From contig JAYWMQ010000006.1 of assembly GCA_035873375.1 (NCBI GenBank), positions 135,706 to 199,705 on the forward strand: DNA of 64,000 bases, written 5' to 3'. The notes under the pieces were generated by a model. It ran no database searches, was not told where the DNA came from, and saw only the letters and a list, made by a program, of their open reading frames with translations. Numbering within the stretch: position 1 is the stretch's first letter; every line of letters begins with the position of its first letter. A program made the translations under genes and the position numbers. This document shows, piece after piece, positions 1-7,748 of this stretch. This DNA is from Nitrospirota bacterium. GTDB lineage: Bacteria > Nitrospirota > Thermodesulfovibrionia > Thermodesulfovibrionales > JdFR-85.

Positions 1-810
1 AATTACATCATAACCAATTGAGTTACCAATCGTCAGAACATGATGCTGCATTTCAGTATGGAGGTCTTCCTCCTCCAACTCACTCGTTACTTCAGTATGG
101 CGTTTTTTTATTTTCTTCTCTATCTTTGCTCGTTCCTCCTCCGAAATATAATCGTCGCTTATTAAAAGTTTTTTTTCACCGACATCAAACAGAAGACCGG
201 CAAAGGCGCCGAGGTCATTGGATAAATCAGACTTCAATTCATTATTTTTATCTACTATTACCTCTCTCATCCTGAGATATTCCGGCCATGACCCGAGCTT
301 GACTTTGTCTTTAAAAAGGGCATTAAAGCCGTTGACTATCGCTGTATTACACGGAGGGATAATTGTAGGGTGTAAAAAATAAAGGATACTTGCAACAGCC
401 GGGCCTAACCCTTTAATTTTACGCTGATCCAGCAAAATGATTTCTTTAATGATCTGCTCTTCTTTAGTAACATTTATACATTTTTCCAGGAACTGCCCGA
501 AAGCAATCTTATTTTCCTCATTCTCATAAATATCAGGTATTCGTAATTTTGGTTTCCAGTAAAATGGATGTGCTGCACCCTTGAAAACCTGTTTTTGTTC
601 TGTGATACAATTTAAAACAAACTCTAAGGAAGACCCTTTAAAATCATTCCCAAAATTCCCGTTTTTTATATCCTGTATTACTTCAAGAACACCCCTTCGG
701 ATAGAACGAAATGCCTTCAGGCGCTCTTCATTATTTACGAACCAGCTGTTGTAAACCGTTTCTTCGTCTTTTTTATAATCATCAATTATCGATTTCAGAT
801 CCTGGCTCAT
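1..810 (-). CDS. Partial ORF (runs off window start), conserved protein resembling families annotated as type II restriction endonuclease-like
   Basis: Not in the ORF track. I translated it by hand: ATG at 810, preceded by GGGTAGGAGT, open for 270 codons to the window edge ([24 protein letters not shown]...[16 protein letters not shown]...[20 protein letters not shown]). Function is from recalled similarity only. Confidence 0.6.
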   Translation of the reverse strand, partial: MSQDLKSIIDDYKKDEETVYNSWFVNNEERLKAFRSIRRGVLEVIQDIKNGNFGNDFKGSSLEFVLNCITEQKQVFKGAAHPFYWKPKLRIPDIYENEENKIAFGQFLEKCINVTKEEQIIKEIILLDQRKIKGLGPAVASILYFLHPTIIPPCNTAIVNGFNALFKDKVKLGSWPEYLRMREVIVDKNNELKSDLSNDLGAFAGLLFDVGEKKLLISDDYISEEERAKIEKKIKKRHTEVTSELEEEDLHTEMQHHVLTIGNSIGYDVI

Positions 811-926
811 ACTCCTACCCTTTCATTTTGTTTGCGACATAATGCCTGCCTGAGTTGCCGGGACAAGAGCGTGATACAAAAAGCACCTCTTTAATGTTAA
901 CTTATCTACAGTGACACTACTTTCAT

Positions 927-2447
927 CTATGGCGTTATGAACTGGCCGTAGACATCGTCTCCTACGGCGTAGCAACCCTCAGTGCAACCTGACGGAGCTA
1001 CAGAGACGCCGTCAACTATCTCCACAAGATATTTCGCTCCGCCAAAGAATACCATAGCCATCTGGTTACCAGGATCCGTGTTAATGGTAAGCTCAGAGCC
1101 CACAAGGTTTCCTGCTGTGCTTATGTACTGACCATATATATCCCAACAAGTACCCTCGTCAGCATCACAGACAAACCAGTTGCTTATCTCACTGCTCGTA
1201 TCTATCCATGTAACCAGATAGTTTGTCCCGTCGAAGGCGATAGAGGGCTGTAGCCCCTGATGTCCTGGCGCTGTAATTACAGGAATCACATTGCCTATGT
1301 GATTACCCGATTTGTCAACGAGTTGCCCGAAGATATCCCATTCGCCGCTACCTACCTCGTCCATCCAGACCACAAGGTAGTTTGTGCCGTCAAAGGCGAG
1401 GGTAAGAGGATTGTCACTTAAATATGTGCTTGCATTGATGCTGAACTCGGTTCCTACTAATTCTCCTGTGGAACTTATGAACTGGCCTTTGACCTCGTAG
1501 TTGCTGCTGGCGCCGGCCGTTTCCGTCCAGACTACAAGGAAGTTTGTCCCGTCAAAGGCCACATTGTTGTAGCCGAAATAGCCGAATCCAGTGCTTATGC
1601 TAATTTCTGTGTCTACTATGCCAGAAGTGGAAACAATACGGCCATAGACTTTTCTGCTATCTGGAATTGCGGGGTTCTCTACTTTATAGTAGCAAACCAG
1701 ATATTGCCCATTGCCATAAGCTACTGCTGGCCCTATCCTGGCCTCTATGCCTGTGGCAATTAGAAACGGTGTGCCTGGAGACCCTGACGGATCTATAAAC
1801 ATGCCATAGAGGTCGGAAGGGATAGTGGCATCGTCCGCCCAAACCAAAAGGTAGTTTGTCCCGTCAAAGGCAATAAACGGGGCACTTCCCGATCGCCCGG
1901 TGGAAATCAGAGAGCCCACCAGAGTTCCGGTCTGAGAGACAAGCTGTGCTCCAACGCCATTGGCAGAACTGGCATCTCCATTAATGCCGACAAGATAGTT
2001 TGTGCCGTCAAAGGCTATCCCCCCGCTCATTTCATGGTTTACTGTTGTTGCGATTGGGAATTTGCTTCCGACTCCTGCTCCTAATGTCGTGACACACTTC
2101 TCAGTACTTTGCCCTGACTCGTTATCTGCCGCATCGTAGGCGGAGACTGCATAGCAGTACTGAGTGCTGGCATTAAGGTTGGTATCGCTGTAAGATGTCG
2201 TGGCAGAAGTCCCTATCACTGTCCCATCTCGGTATATCTTGTAGCCAGTAACCCCAACATTATCGGTAGAGGCTGTCCAAGCAATGTCTGTCTGACCGGA
2301 GCTGACTACAGTAACAGTGAGATCTGCTGGGGTACTGGGTGATGTGGTATCTGCGGCTCCGTTACTATCACCACATGCAAATAAGTATACCGCGGGCAAA
2401 ACAACTAATATTAACATCCCGATAAATCTTAGACTACTTTTCATCAT
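927..2447 (-). CDS. Lipoprotein with fibronectin type III domain and seven AFDGTNYLVVW-type repeats (probable beta-propeller)
   Basis: GGAGG 7 nt before ATG 2447. Signal peptide ends in lipobox LFAC. FN3 signature (WTASTDNVGVTGYKIYRDG...YSDTNL...Y.YAVSAYDAADNES). Seven repeat cores are visible in protein, and five recur in DNA as tttgt(c/g)ccgtc(a/g)aaggc. Confidence 0.8.
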   Translation of the reverse strand: MMKSSLRFIGMLILVVLPAVYLFACGDSNGAADTTSPSTPADLTVTVVSSGQTDIAWTASTDNVGVTGYKIYRDGTVIGTSATTSYSDTNLNASTQYCYAVSAYDAADNESGQSTEKCVTTLGAGVGSKFPIATTVNHEMSGGIAFDGTNYLVGINGDASSANGVGAQLVSQTGTLVGSLISTGRSGSAPFIAFDGTNYLLVWADDATIPSDLYGMFIDPSGSPGTPFLIATGIEARIGPAVAYGNGQYLVCYYKVENPAIPDSRKVYGRIVSTSGIVDTEISISTGFGYFGYNNVAFDGTNFLVVWTETAGASSNYEVKGQFISSTGELVGTEFSINASTYLSDNPLTLAFDGTNYLVVWMDEVGSGEWDIFGQLVDKSGNHIGNVIPVITAPGHQGLQPSIAFDGTNYLVTWIDTSSEISNWFVCDADEGTCWDIYGQYISTAGNLVGSELTINTDPGNQMAMVFFGGAKYLVEIVDGVSVAPSGCTEGCYAVGDDVYGQFITP

Positions 2448-2483
2448 GTTCATTCCTCCCTTTCTCGGCACACATACCTGAGA

Positions 2484-2536
2484 GCATAACGACTGCTTAA
2501 CCTTACTGGGCCACTGAGTTCAGTGTCAAGTTATCG
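2484..2536 (-). other. attC-like recombination site
   Basis: Minus strand: CGATAAC-ttgac-ACTGAACT-14 nt-GGTTAAG-cagtc-GTTATGC. This matches R''-5-L''(8)-VTS-L'(7)-5-R' spacing, directly upstream of the lipoprotein ORF. Confidence 0.5.
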
Positions 2537-2804
2537 AAAGTATATCATATTTTTGTAGTATTTTTAGTCCCCCTGTCAACAGTTTTGCATAGTATGCAAC
2601 AACGTAACGATAAGGTGCATGGTTTCATTACGGTGAGAGACTTGCCACAAAATTTAAAAAGTCTTTTGAAGACTTGGGAGGAGAGGTGCGTTTGAATCTT
2701 TGTAGGATTCTGCAACTGTCTAATTCTAAAAAATATTTCTTGAAGTGTATTTTTTGCTTGATAGGGGAGTATAGGGTGTCCCCTCCCCGGACATATTTAT
2801 TCAC

Positions 2805-4016
2805 CTATTCTTGATCAATGATTGAAGCAAATGAAGCTTCGGCTTCCCTTGCCATGGATTGGCCGTTATGGAACTCGTTGATTAGCAGCTGGAGGACATT
2901 GACCATTGAACGTTTTGACCGATTCAATGTAGTAGTCATTCGTGGAAGTGAAGCGATCGTATCTTGAAACTCAGTAATCCGGCCTTCGACACTAGTTAAA
3001 GTATCAGAGAATTCACGAACCGCATCAAGGTTCTCTTTGGCCTGCCCAAGGTCGTCGTCTTCAACCTTAAATTCGATAGCCATCGCTGCGGCCTGAACTA
3101 AGGCGTTCATACCCGCGTTAAGATGTTGGCTAAAAAGGGGTAACTCTGCCTCCATCCTTTGAACGTATTGATCCATGTCGGCAGCAGCCCTCGCGATCAA
3201 ACGTTTGGCGACCTTGCGATTAGTACAGTCTGGGCCTGAAGTAAATTCTTCTATTTCAGCTGTACGAGTCTGCATTTTTTCACCGATTTCGTTGGTTGCA
3301 GTTGCAATTCGTTCAGTTATTTCTGTGATAGTTGTGAACTCGTCCTCAAATTGTTCCATCAGGTCTAATAAACCTGGCTCGTCCTCAAAATCAGTCGTCC
3401 CAGAATCCAAGCTCCCCTCTTTTTTGATTGATGATTCGATGCCCAATATATGTTGTGCCTCAATTGAGTGCTTAGAACGCCAAGTTTGTATATGGCGAGT
3501 CAGATGAAGTCGCACCAGCTTTTCGAAGTCTTCTAAAGAGACAAATGACCAATAAAGACCACTTTTGTCTCCGAGATTTGACCTAAATTCCGTTATCTTA
3601 GCAAGCTGAGAATGGTCCAGCTTAGATGGTGGCACTGGGACTGGGGCATCCTTGAAGTAAAACATCAATTGGAGTGAGGATGGGTCCTGATCGAATCGTT
3701 CCTTGGCCCGCTGGAATTCCTCAACTGTCCCGGATCCAGCGCGTCCAGTTGACGTTCCAAAACGATACCACATTAGGCCTATGAATAAGTCGTAATCATC
3801 CGGTATTTGTTCATTTATTACAGCTTGAGGATCTTCACCAAAACTGGGATAGGCGTGAGTTTCCCAACGAATCAATTCAAGACGAATCCCGAGCTCGCGC
3901 GCCCATGCTGTATTAAAATCACGGATGACTTCTTCAAGACAGCTTCTCTCTTCATCGACATCACTCGGTGAGGCGACGAACACACTTAAAATGGTCTCTT
4001 GCCTTGCCAAAAGCAT
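2805..4016 (-). CDS. DUF4062-like N-terminal domain plus long helical/coiled-coil C-terminus
   Basis: VFVASPSDVDEER...LIRWE...DLFIGLMWYRFGT...GTVEEF...LMFYFK pattern. GGAGG abuts the ATG, so TTG at 4010 may be the true start. Confidence 0.7.
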   Translation of the reverse strand: MLLARQETILSVFVASPSDVDEERSCLEEVIRDFNTAWARELGIRLELIRWETHAYPSFGEDPQAVINEQIPDDYDLFIGLMWYRFGTSTGRAGSGTVEEFQRAKERFDQDPSSLQLMFYFKDAPVPVPPSKLDHSQLAKITEFRSNLGDKSGLYWSFVSLEDFEKLVRLHLTRHIQTWRSKHSIEAQHILGIESSIKKEGSLDSGTTDFEDEPGLLDLMEQFEDEFTTITEITERIATATNEIGEKMQTRTAEIEEFTSGPDCTNRKVAKRLIARAAADMDQYVQRMEAELPLFSQHLNAGMNALVQAAAMAIEFKVEDDDLGQAKENLDAVREFSDTLTSVEGRITEFQDTIASLPRMTTTLNRSKRSMVNVLQLLINEFHNGQSMAREAEASFASIIDQE

Positions 4017-4028
4017 CCTCCTACATGC

Positions 4029-4099
4029 ACATAACCAGTTATTAACCGGTTTTTTGATAACTACGGCAAATTTCAGAAAGTTCCAGTTTCAGGTTGAAA
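4029..4099 (-). other. attC-like (or degenerate attI/attC) site
   Basis: Minus strand: TTTCAAC-ctgaa-ACTGGAACT...GGTTAAT-aactg-GTTATGT, immediately before the DUF4062 RBS. Both halves resemble the 2484-2536 site. Confidence 0.4.
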
Positions 4100-4275
4100 T
4101 ATACTGTGCAACAGACTGCATCTCATAATATATTGCTTTTTAGAGATTCTGAAATAAATTCAGAATGACATAGTAAGCATTTATTTACTGGTTTAATAAG
4201 CTATTAAAACGTGGAGTTATCAAAAGATTTGGTATGCTTAATGTAGCAGGTGTCCATGGAAGCTGTCAAGACTGT

Positions 4276-4307
4276 TTCCGGATTCCTGCAAGAACAGGAA
4301 TCCGGAA
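4276..4307 (-). terminator. 13-bp perfect hairpin downstream of the OprI-like gene (terminator or REP-like; no clear U tract)
   Basis: ttccggattcctg-caagaa-caggaatccggaa. Confidence 0.45.
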
Positions 4308-4329
4308 TTCGTATAATTCATGGGTTAAT

Positions 4330-4698
4330 CTATTTCTTCAATCCCTTCTGCAGTGCTGCTTCTGCCCTGCGCATTGCGGATTCGGCCTTTTTCAGGGCCT
4401 CCTCTGCCTTTTTGTAAGCCTCGTCAGCCCTGCCCTCAGCCCTCTGGGCAATTGCCTTTGCCTCCTGAGCCAGTGCCTTTACTTCCTTGATATCCACCTC
4501 CAGCACTGTAACCCTGCTGTCAAGGGAATCGAGCTTCTGAATCATTGAGTCTACCTTCTTGTTAAGGGCAGCAACGCTGTCTTCAACAGTATCAACCTTC
4601 TTCTGTACAGGCTCAACCTGTTTGGCCACATACTCCCTTGTTGCACAGCCTGTTGTAAATAGCCCTAAAAGCATTAATAAAATAATCGTCTTTTTCAT
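4330..4698 (-). CDS. Alanine-zipper (OprI/Lpp-like) outer-membrane lipoprotein
   Basis: Lipobox TTGC. Coiled coil with RADEAYKKAEEAL, similar to OprI RADEAYRKADEAL. C-terminal Lys. Confidence 0.75.
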   Translation of the reverse strand: MKKTIILLMLLGLFTTGCATREYVAKQVEPVQKKVDTVEDSVAALNKKVDSMIQKLDSLDSRVTVLEVDIKEVKALAQEAKAIAQRAEGRADEAYKKAEEALKKAESAMRRAEAALQKGLKK

Positions 4699-4739
4699 TT
4701 TGCACCTCTCCGGTAATCAGGACTTTTAGATTTTCCCGC

Positions 4740-7445
4740 CTACTCCTTTAACGCAGCCTGTGCAGCAGCAAATCTTGCTATAGGCACCCTGAAAGGAGAG
4801 CAGCTTACATAATCGAGTCCAAGCTGATGGCAGAATTCAACAGATTTTGGCTCTCCTCCGTGCTCACCGCATATGCCTAACTTGAGCCCCTTCTTGACCT
4901 TTCTGCCCTTGTCAACAGCTATGCGCATAAGGGCGCCGACTCCATCCGTGTCTATGGATATAAAAGGATCATCCTTGAGTATCCCGTTTTCTATGTAATA
5001 AGGGAGGAACCTGCCTGCGTCGTCCCTTGAAAGACCATAGACCGTCTGTGTGAGGTCGTTTGTGCCAAAGGAATAAAAGTCGGCATGGACTGCTATTTCA
5101 TCAGAGGTTACACATGCACGGGGCAGCTCTATCATGGTTCCCACAGTGTATGCCACCCTTGCCTTGTATTTCTTCTTCACTTCCTCTGCCACACTTACAG
5201 CGAGGTCTCTCATTACTTCAAGCTCTCTGACATGTGCGACAAGGGGTATCATTATCTCCGGGATAACCTTTCCCTTCTCTTTTGAGACCTCACATGCAGC
5301 CTCCATAATGGCCCTGACCTGCATCTCGTATATCTCAGGGAAAGTCACCCCAAGACGGCATCCGCGGTGTCCGAGCATGGGATTGAATTCGTGAAGCGAT
5401 TTATTCTTGGCACTCAGTTGTTTAAATGAAACGCCCATCTCTTTGGCCAGTGCCTTCAGTTCAGCATCGGTATGGGGCAGGAACTCATGAAGCGGCGGGT
5501 CCAGAAGCCTTATGGTTACAGGGAGACCATTCATTGCCTTGAATATTCCTTTAAAATCACCCTTCTGCATGGGGAGAAGCCTGGCAAGTGCGTTCTTTCT
5601 TCCCTCAACAGTCTCGGAGAGTATCATCTCCCTCACGACCATTATTCTGTCAGCCTCAAAAAACATATGCTCTGTCCTGCAAAGACCAATCCCTTCAGCC
5701 CCAAAACCTCTTGCTGTAACAGCATCCTTCGGAGCATCGGCATTTGCCCTGACCTTTAATTTTCTGAACTTGTCCGCCCAGGTCATTAATTCCTTGTACC
5801 ACTTGTTGCGGTCAGGATCAGCTGACAACAGATTCAATTTACCTTCATATACACGGCCCTTTGAGCCGTTCAGGGTTATCCAGTCACCCTCTTTCAGCAC
5901 TCTGCCGTTTACATAAAGTTCCTTCTTTTTCAGGTTTATCTCGAGTTCAGAACAGCCCACAATACAGCATTTACCCCAGCCCCTGGCAACAAGTGCTGCA
6001 TGGCTTGTCATACCGCCCTTGGCAGTAAGAATTGCTGCTGCGGCATGCATTCCGTGTACGTCCTCAGGTGATGTCTCGTTTCTGACAAGTATCACGGGCT
6101 CACCCTTCTTTGCCCACGCCTCTGCATCATCAGCAGTAAATACAATCCTTCCTGTAGCACCGCCCGGACCGGCAGGCAGACCCTTTGCGAGTTCCACGAC
6201 CTTCTTTTCAGCCTCAGGGTCAACACTTGGATGTAAAAGCTCGTCTATCTGATCAGGCTTGACCCGCAGAATAGCGGTTCTTTTGGAGATTAATCTGGAT
6301 TTGGCCATATCAACAGCCATCCTTATGGCAGCCTGACCGTTACGCTTGCCAACCCTTGTCTGGAGCATCCAGAGCCTTCCGTTTTCTATTGTGAATTCGA
6401 TATCCTGCATATCCTTGTAATGTTTTTCAAGCTTCCTCTGTATGGTGTATAACTGCTTGTATACCTTGGGCATCGCCTCTTCAAGAGACGGTAGATGCTT
6501 TGTATCAGCTGTTTTACCGGCATTGTTAACAGGGTTTGGTGTCCTGATACCGGCCACAACGTCCTCTCCCTGTGCATTTGGCAGCCACTCGCCGAAAAAT
6601 ACGTCTTCACCTGTGGCTGGGTTACGCGTAAAGGCAACACCGGTTGCAGAATCATCACCTGTATTACCAAAAACCATTGCCTGGATATTTACTGCAGTTC
6701 CCCAATCCTCGGGTATCTTCTCAATCTTGCGGTACGAAATAGCACGTTTTCCCATCCACGACTGGAAAACAGCGCTTATAGCGCCCCAGAGCTGCTCGTG
6801 CGGGTCGTCAGGAAACTCCTTTTTAAGGGTCTTTTTTATTATTACCTTGAATTCTTTGCAGAGTTTTTTCAGGTCATCCACTGTCAGGTCAGTATCATTC
6901 TTGTAACCCTTTGTCTTCTTTATCCTGTCCATTGCGTGCTCAAGTTTCTCGCGGATACCATCACCGTCTTCTGTCTCTATACCAACAGCCTTTTCCATAA
7001 CAACGTCAGAGTACATCATAAGCAAACGGCGGTATGCATCATATACGAAGCGCTCGTTTTTGGTCTGTTTTATGAGTCCGGGAATGGTCTTCGTGGTAAG
7101 GCCGACGTTCAGGACGGTTTCCATCATGCCGGGCATGGAGGTACGTGCCCCTGAACGGACGGAGACGAGAAGCGGGTTGTCCGGGTCTCCGAATTTCTTC
7201 CCCATAATCTTCTCAATCCTGGCTAATGCCTCCTCTACCTGTTTTTTAAGTTCCCGTGGATACTTGCGATTGTTTTTGTAATAAAGGGTACAAACCTCTG
7301 TGGTTATCGTAAATCCAGGTGGTACCGGAATGCCAAGGTTGGTCATCTCTGCGAGGTTTGCCCCCTTGCCTCCCAGAAGATTCTTCATGTCAGACCTTCC
7401 GTCAGCCTTGCCGTTGCCGAAGAAATAGACATACTTTTTAGCCAT
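4740..7445 (-). CDS. ppdK: Pyruvate, phosphate dikinase
   Basis: LLGGKGANLAEM, SVRSGA, GGMTSHAA (phospho-His), GICGEHGG. Start moved to MAKKYVYFFG (ATG 7445, RBS GGGAGG). Confidence 0.97.
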   Translation of the reverse strand: MAKKYVYFFGNGKADGRSDMKNLLGGKGANLAEMTNLGIPVPPGFTITTEVCTLYYKNNRKYPRELKKQVEEALARIEKIMGKKFGDPDNPLLVSVRSGARTSMPGMMETVLNVGLTTKTIPGLIKQTKNERFVYDAYRRLLMMYSDVVMEKAVGIETEDGDGIREKLEHAMDRIKKTKGYKNDTDLTVDDLKKLCKEFKVIIKKTLKKEFPDDPHEQLWGAISAVFQSWMGKRAISYRKIEKIPEDWGTAVNIQAMVFGNTGDDSATGVAFTRNPATGEDVFFGEWLPNAQGEDVVAGIRTPNPVNNAGKTADTKHLPSLEEAMPKVYKQLYTIQRKLEKHYKDMQDIEFTIENGRLWMLQTRVGKRNGQAAIRMAVDMAKSRLISKRTAILRVKPDQIDELLHPSVDPEAEKKVVELAKGLPAGPGGATGRIVFTADDAEAWAKKGEPVILVRNETSPEDVHGMHAAAAILTAKGGMTSHAALVARGWGKCCIVGCSELEINLKKKELYVNGRVLKEGDWITLNGSKGRVYEGKLNLLSADPDRNKWYKELMTWADKFRKLKVRANADAPKDAVTARGFGAEGIGLCRTEHMFFEADRIMVVREMILSETVEGRKNALARLLPMQKGDFKGIFKAMNGLPVTIRLLDPPLHEFLPHTDAELKALAKEMGVSFKQLSAKNKSLHEFNPMLGHRGCRLGVTFPEIYEMQVRAIMEAACEVSKEKGKVIPEIMIPLVAHVRELEVMRDLAVSVAEEVKKKYKARVAYTVGTMIELPRACVTSDEIAVHADFYSFGTNDLTQTVYGLSRDDAGRFLPYYIENGILKDDPFISIDTDGVGALMRIAVDKGRKVKKGLKLGICGEHGGEPKSVEFCHQLGLDYVSCSPFRVPIARFAAAQAALKE

Positions 7446-7702
7446 ATAGATTGCCTCCCTAAGTAATTTTCTGATTAACCGTATTTTTTTCAAATAATGC
7501 AGACAATGCAAAATACGATAACCCAAAATTGATATTTTTTTCAAGTTTTTCAAGCAGAATTTACTGAAAATGTGGCATTTTATCCCGGAAGCAGCGACAA
7601 AAAGCCTTCATCGAGTAAAAAAAACAAAGCAATCAATCCTGAACGGGTTATTTTTCTCTCTGGTTAGGCTTATTTTAATAACTGTAAGGCGTGCCTTGCT
7701 AT

Positions 7703-7738
7703 GGAGAGACATGATAAACCCTGAAAGGTTTTAAGTAT
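7703..7738 (-). repeat. Terminal fragment of the structured intergenic repeat family
   Basis: ggagagacatgataaaccctgaaaggttttaagtat differs at 2 of 36 nt from 26893-26928. Confidence 0.7.
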
Positions 7739-7748
7739 AATATTTGTT

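Noticed and set aside
18-275. 85-aa + strand ORF
   Set aside because: Shadow of the longer minus-strand ORF 1-810, which has an RBS and protein-like sequence
828-905. Third attC site before the restriction-like ORF
   Set aside because: Has ATTATGT rather than GTT and no L-box spacing; only an unrelated aagag-gtg/cac-ctctt hairpin
2440-2600. Riboswitch upstream of the lipoprotein (likewise upstream of purM and the SBBP gene)
   Set aside because: No c-di-GMP, ZTP or purine consensus segments recognised
5085-7281. Many antisense or alternative-frame ORFs over ppdK (likewise over cobN, chlD, nrdD, trkH and others)
   Set aside because: Fully overlap well-supported genes, lack motifs and RBS; expected frame shadows
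7446-7553. N-terminal extensions in the ORF track (ppdK; also M23, trmB, csp, gnd, SBBP, nrdD, trkA)
   Set aside because: Downstream starts have an RBS, a stop/start overlap or -10 support and match family N-termini
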